Assembly (NCBI GenBank): GCA_002787155.1
Contig: PCVY01000023.1
Coordinates: 6,828 to 70,827, forward strand
Direction: 5' to 3'
Length of the DNA: 64,000 bases
From: Candidatus Abzuiibacterium crystallinum
GTDB lineage: Bacteria; Omnitrophota; Omnitrophia; Omnitrophales; Abzuiibacteriaceae
Position 1 is the first letter of the stretch, and every line of letters starts with the position of its first letter. The position numbers were made by a program, and so were the translations under genes. The notes under the pieces were generated by a model. That model did not search any database. It was not told where the DNA came from and saw only the letters and a list, made by a program, of their open reading frames with translations. Shown here one piece after another: positions 9,773 through 17,911 of the stretch.

Positions 9773-11449
9773 ATGAATCTCGGCAGCATACTCAAAGAGC
9801 GCGGTCTTCTGAATGCGGATCAATTGATTAAGGCCGAATCTTACGCTCAATCGAAAAAAATACCGTTAGGTTCGGCGATTCAGCGCCTTAATCTTGCCGC
9901 CAAAGAGCAAATTTACATGACGGTAGCCGAATCCATCGGTGTTCCTTATGTGGATCTATCCAGCTATGAAATTTCTCCCGATTGCACAAAATTGATCGCG
10001 CAAGAAACCGCGCGGCGTTACCGGGCCATTCCGCTTTTCAAAATCCAACAAACACTCACAGTCGCCATGGAAGACCCCACCAAATTGGCGGCGATTGACC
10101 GGATCCGGCATGAATCCAAAATGGAAATCGAATTGTGTTTGGCCGCCCCTGAAGACGTGCAAGAAGCTTTAGACCGTTACTTTGGCGTTTCGGGGACCAT
10201 TTCGAAATTGCTGGCTTCTTTAGATGCCGAAGACAAAGTCCGCCGGCGCGGAAGTGCGCCGCCCAAAGCAAAGCCGCTTAGCTTTGAAGCAACGGGGGGT
10301 GAACAGCCGATTGTGCAATTGGTCAATTTGATAGTCGAAGAAGCCGTGGAGCGGGGCGCCAGTGACATTCATATTGAACCCGAAGCAAACGAACTGCGCG
10401 TTCGTTACCGCATTGATGGTGTTTTGCAGGAAGCTCCTTCGCCGCCCAAACACTATGAAAGCGCGATCGTGTCGCGCTTAAAAGTGTTGGCCAATTTAGA
10501 TATTGCCGAAACCCGCATGCCCCAGGACGGTCAAATGAAAATCCAAGTCAAGAGCCGGGCCATTGATATTCGTGTCTCGGTCGTCCCGACCATTTATGGG
10601 GAAAACGCGGTCTTACGTATTCTAGATACCAACCGCGCTTTGCTCGACTTAAAACAATTGGGTTTTGCCGATGCCATGCTCCATCAGTTTGAAGAACTCA
10701 TCCGAAAATCCTACGGCATGATTTTAGTCACAGGCCCTACGGGCAGCGGCAAAACCACTTCACTTTATGCAGCTTTAACAGCCATTAATTCGGTTGAGCG
10801 CAGCATTGTCACCATTGAAGACCCGGTGGAATTCAAATTATCCCTCATTCGCCAAATCCAAGTGAACCCCAAAGCACAGCTGACGTTTGCCAACGGGCTT
10901 CGTTCCATTGTGCGGCAAGATCCGGATGTCATTATGGTCGGTGAAATCCGTGACTCCGAAACGGCCCACATTGCTACGCAAGCGGCGCTCACGGGCCATT
11001 TGGTTTTTAGTACGCTGCATACGCAAAATGCGGCGGGAGCCATTACGCGATTAGATGACATGGGGGTTGAGCCGTTTTACATTTCCTCATCGCTTCTATG
11101 CGTGGTTGCGCAGCGGCTGGTGCGTACCATTTGCGGGCAATGTAAAAAAACATATGATCCGCCTTCGGATATTCTAAACGCGATTCCGGCCAAGCACCGT
11201 TCAGAGATGAAGTTCTATAAAGGAAAAGGCTGTCAAAAATGCCAGCAAACGGGTTATCGAGGCCGTATTGGTATTTTTGAATTGCTTCGCATGACCGATG
11301 CGATCCGCCGGATGATTGCCAAAAAAGCAGTCAGTGCCGACATCCAACAACAAGCCGAAGCTGATGGCATGCAAACTTTATTTCTTGATGGTTTGGAAAA
11401 AGTGAAAGCGGGTATTACCACCATTGATGAAATTTTGAAAGTGATGTAG
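9773..11449 (+). CDS. pilB: type IV pilus assembly ATPase (GspE/PilB family) with an MshEN-like N-terminal domain
   Basis: 558 aa. Walker A 'VTGPTGSGKTT', Walker B/Asp box 'IMVGEIRD', His box, tetra-Cys 'CGQCKK...CQKCQQTGYRGRIGIFELL'. The N-terminus 'LGSILKERGLLNADQLIKAESYAQ' resembles the MshEN c-di-GMP-binding motif. Confidence 0.9.
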   Translation: MNLGSILKERGLLNADQLIKAESYAQSKKIPLGSAIQRLNLAAKEQIYMTVAESIGVPYVDLSSYEISPDCTKLIAQETARRYRAIPLFKIQQTLTVAMEDPTKLAAIDRIRHESKMEIELCLAAPEDVQEALDRYFGVSGTISKLLASLDAEDKVRRRGSAPPKAKPLSFEATGGEQPIVQLVNLIVEEAVERGASDIHIEPEANELRVRYRIDGVLQEAPSPPKHYESAIVSRLKVLANLDIAETRMPQDGQMKIQVKSRAIDIRVSVVPTIYGENAVLRILDTNRALLDLKQLGFADAMLHQFEELIRKSYGMILVTGPTGSGKTTSLYAALTAINSVERSIVTIEDPVEFKLSLIRQIQVNPKAQLTFANGLRSIVRQDPDVIMVGEIRDSETAHIATQAALTGHLVFSTLHTQNAAGAITRLDDMGVEPFYISSSLLCVVAQRLVRTICGQCKKTYDPPSDILNAIPAKHRSEMKFYKGKGCQKCQQTGYRGRIGIFELLRMTDAIRRMIAKKAVSADIQQQAEADGMQTLFLDGLEKVKAGITTIDEILKVM

Positions 11450-11503
11450 TTTAGAGATACCAGAAACCGGTTTCATAAGTCCTCGTAAACCTAATAAAGA
11501 CAT

Positions 11504-11585
11504 GTCATTGCGAGCTGAAGGCGAAGCAATCTCAGGTTTTAAAGAGGGATTGCCGCGTCGCTCCTTCGGAGTTCCTCGCAATGAC
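11504..11585. repeat. structured palindromic intergenic element with 11-bp terminal inverted repeats GTCATTGCGAG...CTCGCAATGAC (copy 1)
   Basis: Perfect 11-bp terminal inverted repeats enclosing about 60 nt with further internal complementarity. Lies between pilB and pilC. A related copy is at 19804..19940. Confidence 0.45.
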
Positions 11586-11714
11586 GTGAATAAGGTAACT
11601 TATGAAGCCGCTTCCAGAAACCGGTTGCCAGTCAGCAGGTTAGTGATTCAGAAAATTTCAGCGGCACCTGGATTCTGGTTGCTGTTTTCCGGTTACTTGC
11701 TAAAGGGAACACAC

Positions 11715-12956
11715 GTGCCCATTTATCGTTATAAAGTCAAAACCGCGCAAGGTGAAGTGGTCACCGGTGCGATTGATGTTGAGAACAAGGAGTCGCTTCA
11801 AAAACAGTTGCGCACGCAAGGCCTGAGGCTTTTAGCGGCACAATTGGTTTCCACCAAGCCTGTTCCGGATGAAGACCGGTCCCTTCTGGTCGAACAAAAA
11901 AGAATCCGCGTTTCAAAAGCCCGTGTCCGCGATGAAGATATTTTAATGTTTACCCGTGAATTGCACAGTCTGGTCCGCTCCGGCATTCCGATCTTAAGCG
12001 GACTGCATTCCATGGCAGCCTCCACGAGTCACCGGACGATTAAAAATGTTGTTCTGTCTTTAGCCAATGATGTGGAAGCGGGCGAGCGGCTCTCAGATGC
12101 CATGCGCCGTCATCCGAACGTTTTCGAAGAAGTCTATGTGAGCAGCGTGGTAGCCGGTGAAGCGGCAGGGCAATTGCCGGAAGTATTAAGTCATTTAATT
12201 TCACTGCTTGAGCACCGGATTGAAACGCGAGGCGATATTCAAACGGCGACCCGTTATCCGTTAATTGTTTTAATCACGCTCGGTATTGGGTTTGGGATTA
12301 TCATTAATTTTGTCATTCCAAAGTTTGCCGGTTTCTACGCCAAATTTAACGCCGAACTTCCGCTGCCGACAAGGTTTTTAATTGCCTTGGGTCATTTGAC
12401 TTCCCAGCACGGTCTCGCTATGTTGGTCGTGCTTACTATTTGTATTTTCGCGGTTCGTATTTTTCTGCGTACGCCGATCGGAAAAAGTAGGTGGGACCAG
12501 CTCACGCTTCAAGTGCCTGTTTTTGGTCCGCTGTATCATAAAATTGCGTTATCTACTTTTGCAGCAACACTTGAGATGCTATATCGAAGCGGTGTTCCTA
12601 TCACGGAAGCTTTGCGTGTTGCCGCGCATGTGACCGGTAATGATATCGTAAGGCGCGGTGTGATCGACGTGCGGGAAGGTGTTTTGGCAGGCGAACCGAT
12701 TGCGGCGGTCATGAAACGGCATGCGATTTTTCCTTCGCTCATGGTGCAAATGATGTCCACTGGGGAGCAGACGGGTAACTTGGATCAATTGTTGCGTGAT
12801 TTGGCCAATCATTACGACCGGCAAGTCAAATATGAAACCAAGAACCTGACCACTTTAATCGAGCCCATGCTGACCATTTTATTAGGAGGGATGGTGCTGG
12901 TATTTGCCCTGGGTATTTTCTTACCCATGTGGAACATGATTCATCTCTTCAGATAA
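11715..12956 (+). CDS. pilC: type IV pilus platform protein (GspF/PilC family)
   Basis: Listed ORF 11502..12956 has no internal Met before the GspF domain. An in-frame GTG at 11715 is preceded by AAGGGA and yields 'MPIYRYKVKTAQGEV..', the typical PilC N-terminus. Two GspF repeats and three TM segments. Confidence 0.8.
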   Translation: MPIYRYKVKTAQGEVVTGAIDVENKESLQKQLRTQGLRLLAAQLVSTKPVPDEDRSLLVEQKRIRVSKARVRDEDILMFTRELHSLVRSGIPILSGLHSMAASTSHRTIKNVVLSLANDVEAGERLSDAMRRHPNVFEEVYVSSVVAGEAAGQLPEVLSHLISLLEHRIETRGDIQTATRYPLIVLITLGIGFGIIINFVIPKFAGFYAKFNAELPLPTRFLIALGHLTSQHGLAMLVVLTICIFAVRIFLRTPIGKSRWDQLTLQVPVFGPLYHKIALSTFAATLEMLYRSGVPITEALRVAAHVTGNDIVRRGVIDVREGVLAGEPIAAVMKRHAIFPSLMVQMMSTGEQTGNLDQLLRDLANHYDRQVKYETKNLTTLIEPMLTILLGGMVLVFALGIFLPMWNMIHLFR

Positions 12957-12973
12957 TGCCTTGGGGTGTCTTG

Positions 12974-13092
12974 GGGTCAGCACCTGAAGTTCATTGACAT
13001 TATTTAATATTCTTAATGAAAGCTTCAGGTACAGTCCCAACCAACCCTTAATATATAAATTGGAAGGTTGGGACAGGTCGGGGTCTGACCCC
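12974..13092. repeat. cluster of hairpins after pilC: CCTGAAG..CTTCAGG stem around an AT-rich loop; GTCCCAACC..GGTTGGGAC inverted repeat; then GGGGTCTGACCCC palindrome at 13080-13092
   Basis: Read directly. Plausible terminator plus the first copy of the pilin-associated palindrome family. Confidence 0.4.
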
Positions 13093-13211
13093 AAGAGTAT
13101 TGAACTTAACGTATTCTGTGGTATGATAATTAAAGTTCAGTAAGCAGTTTTAGTTTCTATGTTTTCATGACGTTATGTTATAAAGATATCACTGCAAACG
13201 GAGGTCGTGCA

Positions 13212-13727
13212 ATGAAAAGTCGTCGTTTATCCCGAAAAGGTTTTACCCCGTTAGAGAATGAATCAGTATTAATTGGAAGTCATGACAAAAAGCCTATTGA
13301 TTGTCAAAGTGGAAAAACCCGCTTGAGAAAGAAACGCTCTCTAACGGGGTTTACGTTAATTGAATTAGTGATGGTCATTGTTGTATTAGGTTTTCTAGCG
13401 GTTGCCGCATTGCCGTCCTACTTTGATATTTCAACCGCTGCCCAAACAGCCAATGAAGATGGTGTCGTTGGCGGTGTCCGAGCCGGCATTGCCACCCAAT
13501 TTGTATCAGTGTTTACCACCGGAATCGGAACGCCTACATTTCCGGCTTCATTGGATACAGTAGGTGTTGCAACTACCTGTGATTCGGCTAACCCATGTTT
13601 TTCAACAGTATTACCAGGCGGTGTAACAGACGGTAATTGGACAAAAACAACCGCCACGCAATACACGGGCCCAAACAGCGGAACGTATACTTACAATTCA
13701 TCAAACGGCACTTTTACATCACCCTAA
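13212..13727 (+). CDS. prepilin-type N-terminal cleavage/methylation domain protein (pilin/pseudopilin)
   Basis: Class-III signal 'RKKRSLTG|FTLIELVMVIVVLG'. Start chosen at the ATG at 13212 with GGAGG 8 nt upstream. The ORF track start at 13167 is less likely. Confidence 0.65.
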   Translation: MKSRRLSRKGFTPLENESVLIGSHDKKPIDCQSGKTRLRKKRSLTGFTLIELVMVIVVLGFLAVAALPSYFDISTAAQTANEDGVVGGVRAGIATQFVSVFTTGIGTPTFPASLDTVGVATTCDSANPCFSTVLPGGVTDGNWTKTTATQYTGPNSGTYTYNSSNGTFTSP

Positions 13728-13918
13728 TTTATTTATTCTCTGTTTTTCCTGTTAAGTGCTGCTACTGATGGGAAACTATTATTTCCATGTGATAACATGT
13801 ATTTTCACACAAAAAGTATTACTCCGCCCACGGACGCTCAAACAGTTCTATCAATAATTAATAGAAAAACTTCCCTAACGCAATCCGTTAGCAACAGCAC
13901 TCTTCAGAACTTAACCTT

Positions 13919-14386
13919 ATGCTGAATTTTCGCGCTGAGCGATGCAACCGAGTTTCTCGCGGGGCGGGGTTTACGCTTATTGAGCTCACCATCATCATTG
14001 TGATTATCGGTGTTTTGGCTGCTGCTGCTATTCCGCGTTATCTTGATCTCACCAACGAAGCAAAATTAAATGCCACCAAAGGTATTTTAGGTAATATGCG
14101 TGCCGCCATTATGATGCAGCGTGTGGATAACATCATCAAAACAGGTCAAGACCGTTTTCCGTCGTTAGCAGATATTCAGGATAATCCTTTTCAAACGGGT
14201 TGTACCGTTTTAGAAACGGGGGATCTTCCCGACAATCCTTTTAGTACAGGCTCGGATCCGGACGGTGTGGTGAGTACCACAGGCCGCCCCGTACCGACCG
14301 GTACGGATGGGGCGTGGGCCTATGATCCGCGAACGGGCGGTTTTTACGCAAACACCAAGAGCGGGAATGGCGAGGAACTTTTCTAA
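13919..14386 (+). CDS. type IV pilin (candidate major pilin)
   Basis: 155 aa. 'RGAG|FTLIELTIIIVIIGVLAAAAIPRYL' is the canonical T4a pilin N-terminus. Size fits a major pilin. Confidence 0.7.
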   Translation: MLNFRAERCNRVSRGAGFTLIELTIIIVIIGVLAAAAIPRYLDLTNEAKLNATKGILGNMRAAIMMQRVDNIIKTGQDRFPSLADIQDNPFQTGCTVLETGDLPDNPFSTGSDPDGVVSTTGRPVPTGTDGAWAYDPRTGGFYANTKSGNGEELF

Positions 14387-14399
14387 TTTAGTAACTTAT

Positions 14400-14969
14400 A
14401 TGGGGTCAGACCCTGACCTGACCCCAAGACTAAGGGTCAGGTCAGGGTCTGACCCCAGGAAGAAGCGTTCCCTGTCTCTAACGGGGTTTACCCTCATCGA
14501 AATCCTGGTTGTTTTCACCGTCATCGTTTTTCTTTCCGTTTTTGCACTGACTAATTTCATCGATTTCTCCGCAACCCGTATCGAGGGGGCTGCCAAACGC
14601 ATTCAAACCGACATTCGTTATATTCAGCAAATTGCGTTGGCGCAGCAAAGAAGAACGCGTATCACCTTTGATGCCGGCACGGATAGTTATGCGGCTGAAA
14701 TGGAAAACACGCCCAATGCGGAAGATTGGACGTCGATCAATGACCCGCTGACCCGCCAGACTTTTCAGGTTATTTTTAATACGGGCGACTATCAAGGGGT
14801 TGATATCACAGGGGTGACGCTTGGCAGCGGGGATGTTTTGATATTTGATGAGATGGGCGATCCTTATACGGATGGAAACGTCGCTTTGGTAGAACCCGCC
14901 AATATTGTTTTAAACGGGACGCGTCAGATCCAAATCACAAGGGAAACAGGCCGTGTTCAAATTGTTTAA
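14400..14969 (+). CDS. GspH/FimT-like minor pilin
   Basis: Start moved from 14307 (which overlaps the upstream gene) to the in-frame ATG at 14400. Leader 'MGSDPDLTPRLRVRSGSDPRKKRSLSLTG|FTLIEILVV'. GspH-like body 'ATRIEGAAKRIQTDIRYIQQIA'. Confidence 0.65.
   Translation: MGSDPDLTPRLRVRSGSDPRKKRSLSLTGFTLIEILVVFTVIVFLSVFALTNFIDFSATRIEGAAKRIQTDIRYIQQIALAQQRRTRITFDAGTDSYAAEMENTPNAEDWTSINDPLTRQTFQVIFNTGDYQGVDITGVTLGSGDVLIFDEMGDPYTDGNVALVEPANIVLNGTRQIQITRETGRVQIV
14402..14456. repeat. perfect 23-bp-arm inverted repeat (GGGGTCAGACCCTGACCTGACCC / GGGTCAGGTCAGGGTCTGACCCC) lying inside the leader-coding region of the 14400 pilin gene
   Basis: Read directly. A member of the GGGGTC(A/T)GACCCC family. Confidence 0.8.
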
Positions 14970-14985
14970 CCCGTTAGAGACGCAC

Positions 14986-14998
14986 GGGGTCTGACCCC
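14986..14998. repeat. GGGGTCTGACCCC palindrome immediately 5' of the AGGAG ribosome-binding site of the 15014 pilin gene
   Basis: Read directly. Confidence 0.7.
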
Positions 14999-15013
14999 AG
15001 GAGTACTACTAAA

Positions 15014-15436
15014 ATGCTTATCCAATTTCAAGTTGGAAAGACGCAATTGCAAAAAAGACGCTCTCTAACGGGGTTTACCCTGATCGAAATCGTGATTGTC
15101 ATCGTGGTTCTTTCGCTGGTAGCAGCCACACTTCTGACGGTGATGGGTGCCATTAGTCAAAACGTGATCCTTCCTTTCATGACTCAAATTGCAACCGGGC
15201 TCGCTGAAGAGCAGTTTGAACGCGTGATCGGACTTCGGTTTTCACAAGTCACAGACGAAGGGCCGGCAGCATTTGCGTTTCCCTTTACGGATTATTCGTA
15301 TGAGATTACCGTGAGTCCCGTTCCGGCAAATCTTTTTAATGATCCTTCCATGACACGTTACAAACAAGTGGAAATTGAAGTGAGTCACGCCTTAGTTGGC
15401 CATGTGAATGTGTACACGGTGGTAACCAATCATTAA
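15014..15436 (+). CDS. minor pilin (GspI/PilV-like)
   Basis: 140 aa. Leader 'QKRRSLTG|FTLIEIVIVIVVLS'. Confidence 0.6.
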   Translation: MLIQFQVGKTQLQKRRSLTGFTLIEIVIVIVVLSLVAATLLTVMGAISQNVILPFMTQIATGLAEEQFERVIGLRFSQVTDEGPAAFAFPFTDYSYEITVSPVPANLFNDPSMTRYKQVEIEVSHALVGHVNVYTVVTNH

Positions 15437-15453
15437 CGGAGGGCTCGGGGCGC

Positions 15454-15478
15454 GGGGTCAGGTCCCGGACCTGACCCC
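15454..15478. repeat. perfect 25-bp palindrome GGGGTCAGGTCCCGGACCTGACCCC just upstream of the 15483 pilin start
   Basis: Read directly. Confidence 0.75.
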
Positions 15479-15482
15479 TGAA

Positions 15483-16043
15483 ATGGATGACATGTTAAGT
15501 CGAATGATGCAAAAAAGAAGAGGGTTTACCCTTGTCGAACTGGTGATGGTGATTGCCATCATCGGGATCATGGCAGGCCTCCTTGGCCCTTTTTTGATTG
15601 TCACCGCTGATGCGCTGGATTTAATGTCCGTACAGTCCAATCTACAGGAAAGCGCTCAGGCGGCACTGGAACGCATGAGCCGTGATATTCGGCGGCTTCG
15701 GGATGATGAAAGTGTGGTGAATGCATCTTCCAGCTTTTTTTGGTTTTATGATGTGGATGACCGTCAAATGATTTATATTTTGGTCGGCAATACTTTGGTC
15801 CGGGTGATTTTTCCCGTTACACTTCCGCTGACTGTTCTAGCCGATCACGTTCAAACACTTTTGTTTCGCTATTATGATGACGATGGAAACCTCATTCCTT
15901 CTCCTGTGGTCGGATTGGGAACCGCCACCAATATCCGCCGCGTTCAAGTCGATATTCTTTTTGCAGACGGCAGTAAAAATTTAGTCGTGGAAGATAACAT
16001 TAGACCGAGAAATTTAAGACATGAATCCGATCGATTCTTTTAA
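15483..16043 (+). CDS. pilW: minor pilin (GspJ/PilW-like)
   Basis: 186 aa. 'RRG|FTLVELVMVIAIIG', then 'LQESAQAALERMSRDIRRL', which is typical of GspJ/PilW. Confidence 0.6.
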   Translation: MDDMLSRMMQKRRGFTLVELVMVIAIIGIMAGLLGPFLIVTADALDLMSVQSNLQESAQAALERMSRDIRRLRDDESVVNASSSFFWFYDVDDRQMIYILVGNTLVRVIFPVTLPLTVLADHVQTLLFRYYDDDGNLIPSPVVGLGTATNIRRVQVDILFADGSKNLVVEDNIRPRNLRHESDRFF

Positions 16044-17517
16044 AAGCTTGGGGTCAGGTCCGGGACCTGACCCCAGGAAAAAAGGTGTTTCACTGATCGC
16101 AGCCGTTGTGCTCATGCTGTTATTGGGCCTTTCGGGTGCCATTGGTTCGGCCATTGTGGCCAATGCCGGCATCCGCACGGTGCATACAGCACAAAGTTTA
16201 CAAGCCTTAGGCATTGCGCATGCCGGCATCGAATGGTATTTGGAACAATTGGAAGACGATACCGATTGGACTGATCAAACAAATGAAGTTCGCTTATTTG
16301 GGCCGCCGAGCACAGTGAGTAGTTTTACAATCCAGATTAACAATGCGTCTGCTACGGAAGTGAATTTCACATCCCTAGGACTTTTGGCGGGTTTGGATGG
16401 ACGGACCATGCAGCGCCGTTTAACGGTCACGGCTCAAAAAATGCCGTCCGCTTTTCTTTTTGCCTTGTATCAAGGCGAAGACCCGGGGGCTAACTTGGAA
16501 ATCAGAAATTCTTCCGTGGTCACAGGGGACATGTGGTCGCGGGGTTCAGTCAATGTTTTTTCTGGTAACACGGTACAGAATGGTTTGGTGTATGTGCCTG
16601 ATACCGAAACGGTGAGTGGTGCCGGTACGTTTACCGCTAAACAAATGACAGCGCCCTATCCCGCGATGCCGCAGATCACAACCACCAGTTACACCACGCT
16701 CATGGATGGATACGACACTACGATTGATACCGCTTCTGGTGCGGGTGATGATCCGCGAAATAGCGATATATTTTTATCGGGCAATACCATTTTGGCCAGA
16801 AACTTTTCAACATCAGGCACCATGACCATTACCGGGCACGGCACGATCGTCGCATTTCGAAATATGGACCTGCATACCGGCAATGGCGGAACGCTCACCA
16901 TCACACCATCCGGTGGGGACATTGTTTTCTTAGCAGGCCGCAATCTGGAAATCGGTAATACCAATGGCAATTCCACAGTTACAGTGAATGGCTCTGTGAC
17001 ACCCGGCAGTACCTGCCGCTTTTATTCAGAAGCCATGACCAATGCGAGTCAGCGCGTGCGGGTAAGCGGCAGTAATACCAATGTACACGGAGCTAATTTT
17101 TATGCGCGCCGCCGCATCTCAGTGGATAATAATGCTGTCATTGATCAGGGGAGTCTGCTTTATATTGATCGCGCCTCTTCCGCCAATAACAACCAAATTG
17201 ATATTACGGGTTCCGCCACGGCAGTCATCGGCTCTGTGATTAGTACCGGTCGGAATAATCTAAACCTTAGGATCCGGAATCAAGCGACGGTAACCGGTCT
17301 TGTTTATTCGTATGACACGGGCGGCAACGGACGTTTAGAGCTCAACAATTGCACCGTAACGGGTGCGGCGGCGGCCCAAAATTTCCGTGTCGGTAATAAT
17401 AACAATCGGATTCAAAGCGCAGCCGTTACTTACAGCGCCAGCGCTTTACCTTCAAGTGTTCCGAATGGATTTGAGACTTATGTTGTCAAAAAACCGAATT
17501 CGTGGGATCCTTTATAA
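16021..17517 (+). CDS. pilX: PilX-N/GspK-like large pilus-tip-associated protein
   Basis: 498 aa. N-terminus 'RKKGVSLIAAVVLMLLLGLSGAIGSAIVAN' resembles the PilX_N domain. The rest is Thr/Gly/Asn-rich and looks like beta-helix. A second 25-bp palindrome copy (16050..16074) lies inside its 5' end. Confidence 0.55.
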   Translation: MNPIDSFKSLGSGPGPDPRKKGVSLIAAVVLMLLLGLSGAIGSAIVANAGIRTVHTAQSLQALGIAHAGIEWYLEQLEDDTDWTDQTNEVRLFGPPSTVSSFTIQINNASATEVNFTSLGLLAGLDGRTMQRRLTVTAQKMPSAFLFALYQGEDPGANLEIRNSSVVTGDMWSRGSVNVFSGNTVQNGLVYVPDTETVSGAGTFTAKQMTAPYPAMPQITTTSYTTLMDGYDTTIDTASGAGDDPRNSDIFLSGNTILARNFSTSGTMTITGHGTIVAFRNMDLHTGNGGTLTITPSGGDIVFLAGRNLEIGNTNGNSTVTVNGSVTPGSTCRFYSEAMTNASQRVRVSGSNTNVHGANFYARRRISVDNNAVIDQGSLLYIDRASSANNNQIDITGSATAVIGSVISTGRNNLNLRIRNQATVTGLVYSYDTGGNGRLELNNCTVTGAAAAQNFRVGNNNNRIQSAAVTYSASALPSSVPNGFETYVVKKPNSWDPL

Positions 17518-17906
17518 TGATGAGTGAAAAAAATCAACCCAAACGCCAAATTAATTCGCGTCAGGTACCGCGGGTGCCTGTCCAAGGCAAAATCCAACTT
17601 GTCATTTCACCCCGTATGCAAAGTGCGGTTGGCTTGGTCCAGAAACGCATTGAGGGCGAACTGACCGATATGAGTACGCTGGGTTTGGGGATGACCTCCG
17701 GCATTTTTTTACCCAAAGGGTCAAGAATTCAAGGCCAAGTCAGCTCAGCAAGGATTTTTAAATCCCGGCCGCTCCGCTTTGTCGGCACGGTGATGAACAT
17801 TGGCATGCAATCGGGTCATCGTTACCGGGTTGGGATTAAGTTTGAACGGATCAAGTCTCATGATCGCGGCCTCATCCAAAACTTCATTGACCGTGAGTCA
17901 ATTTAA
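17502..17906 (+). CDS. PilZ-domain protein
   Basis: 134 aa. PilZ motifs 'RQVPRVP' (RxxxR) and 'DMSTLGLG' (DxSxxG). Confidence 0.65.
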   Translation: MGSFIMMSEKNQPKRQINSRQVPRVPVQGKIQLVISPRMQSAVGLVQKRIEGELTDMSTLGLGMTSGIFLPKGSRIQGQVSSARIFKSRPLRFVGTVMNIGMQSGHRYRVGIKFERIKSHDRGLIQNFIDRESI

Positions 17907-17911
17907 TTATC

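Noticed and set aside
11502-11714. N-terminal 71-aa extension of the pilC ORF
   Set aside because: Runs through the palindromic intergenic element and has no Met after the first. An in-frame GTG at 11715 with a ribosome-binding site gives the canonical PilC N-terminus.
14307-14399. Long N-terminal extension of the GspH-like pilin ORF (track start 14307)
   Set aside because: Overlaps the 3' end of the preceding pilin gene by 80 nt. The in-frame ATG at 14400 gives a conventional leader.
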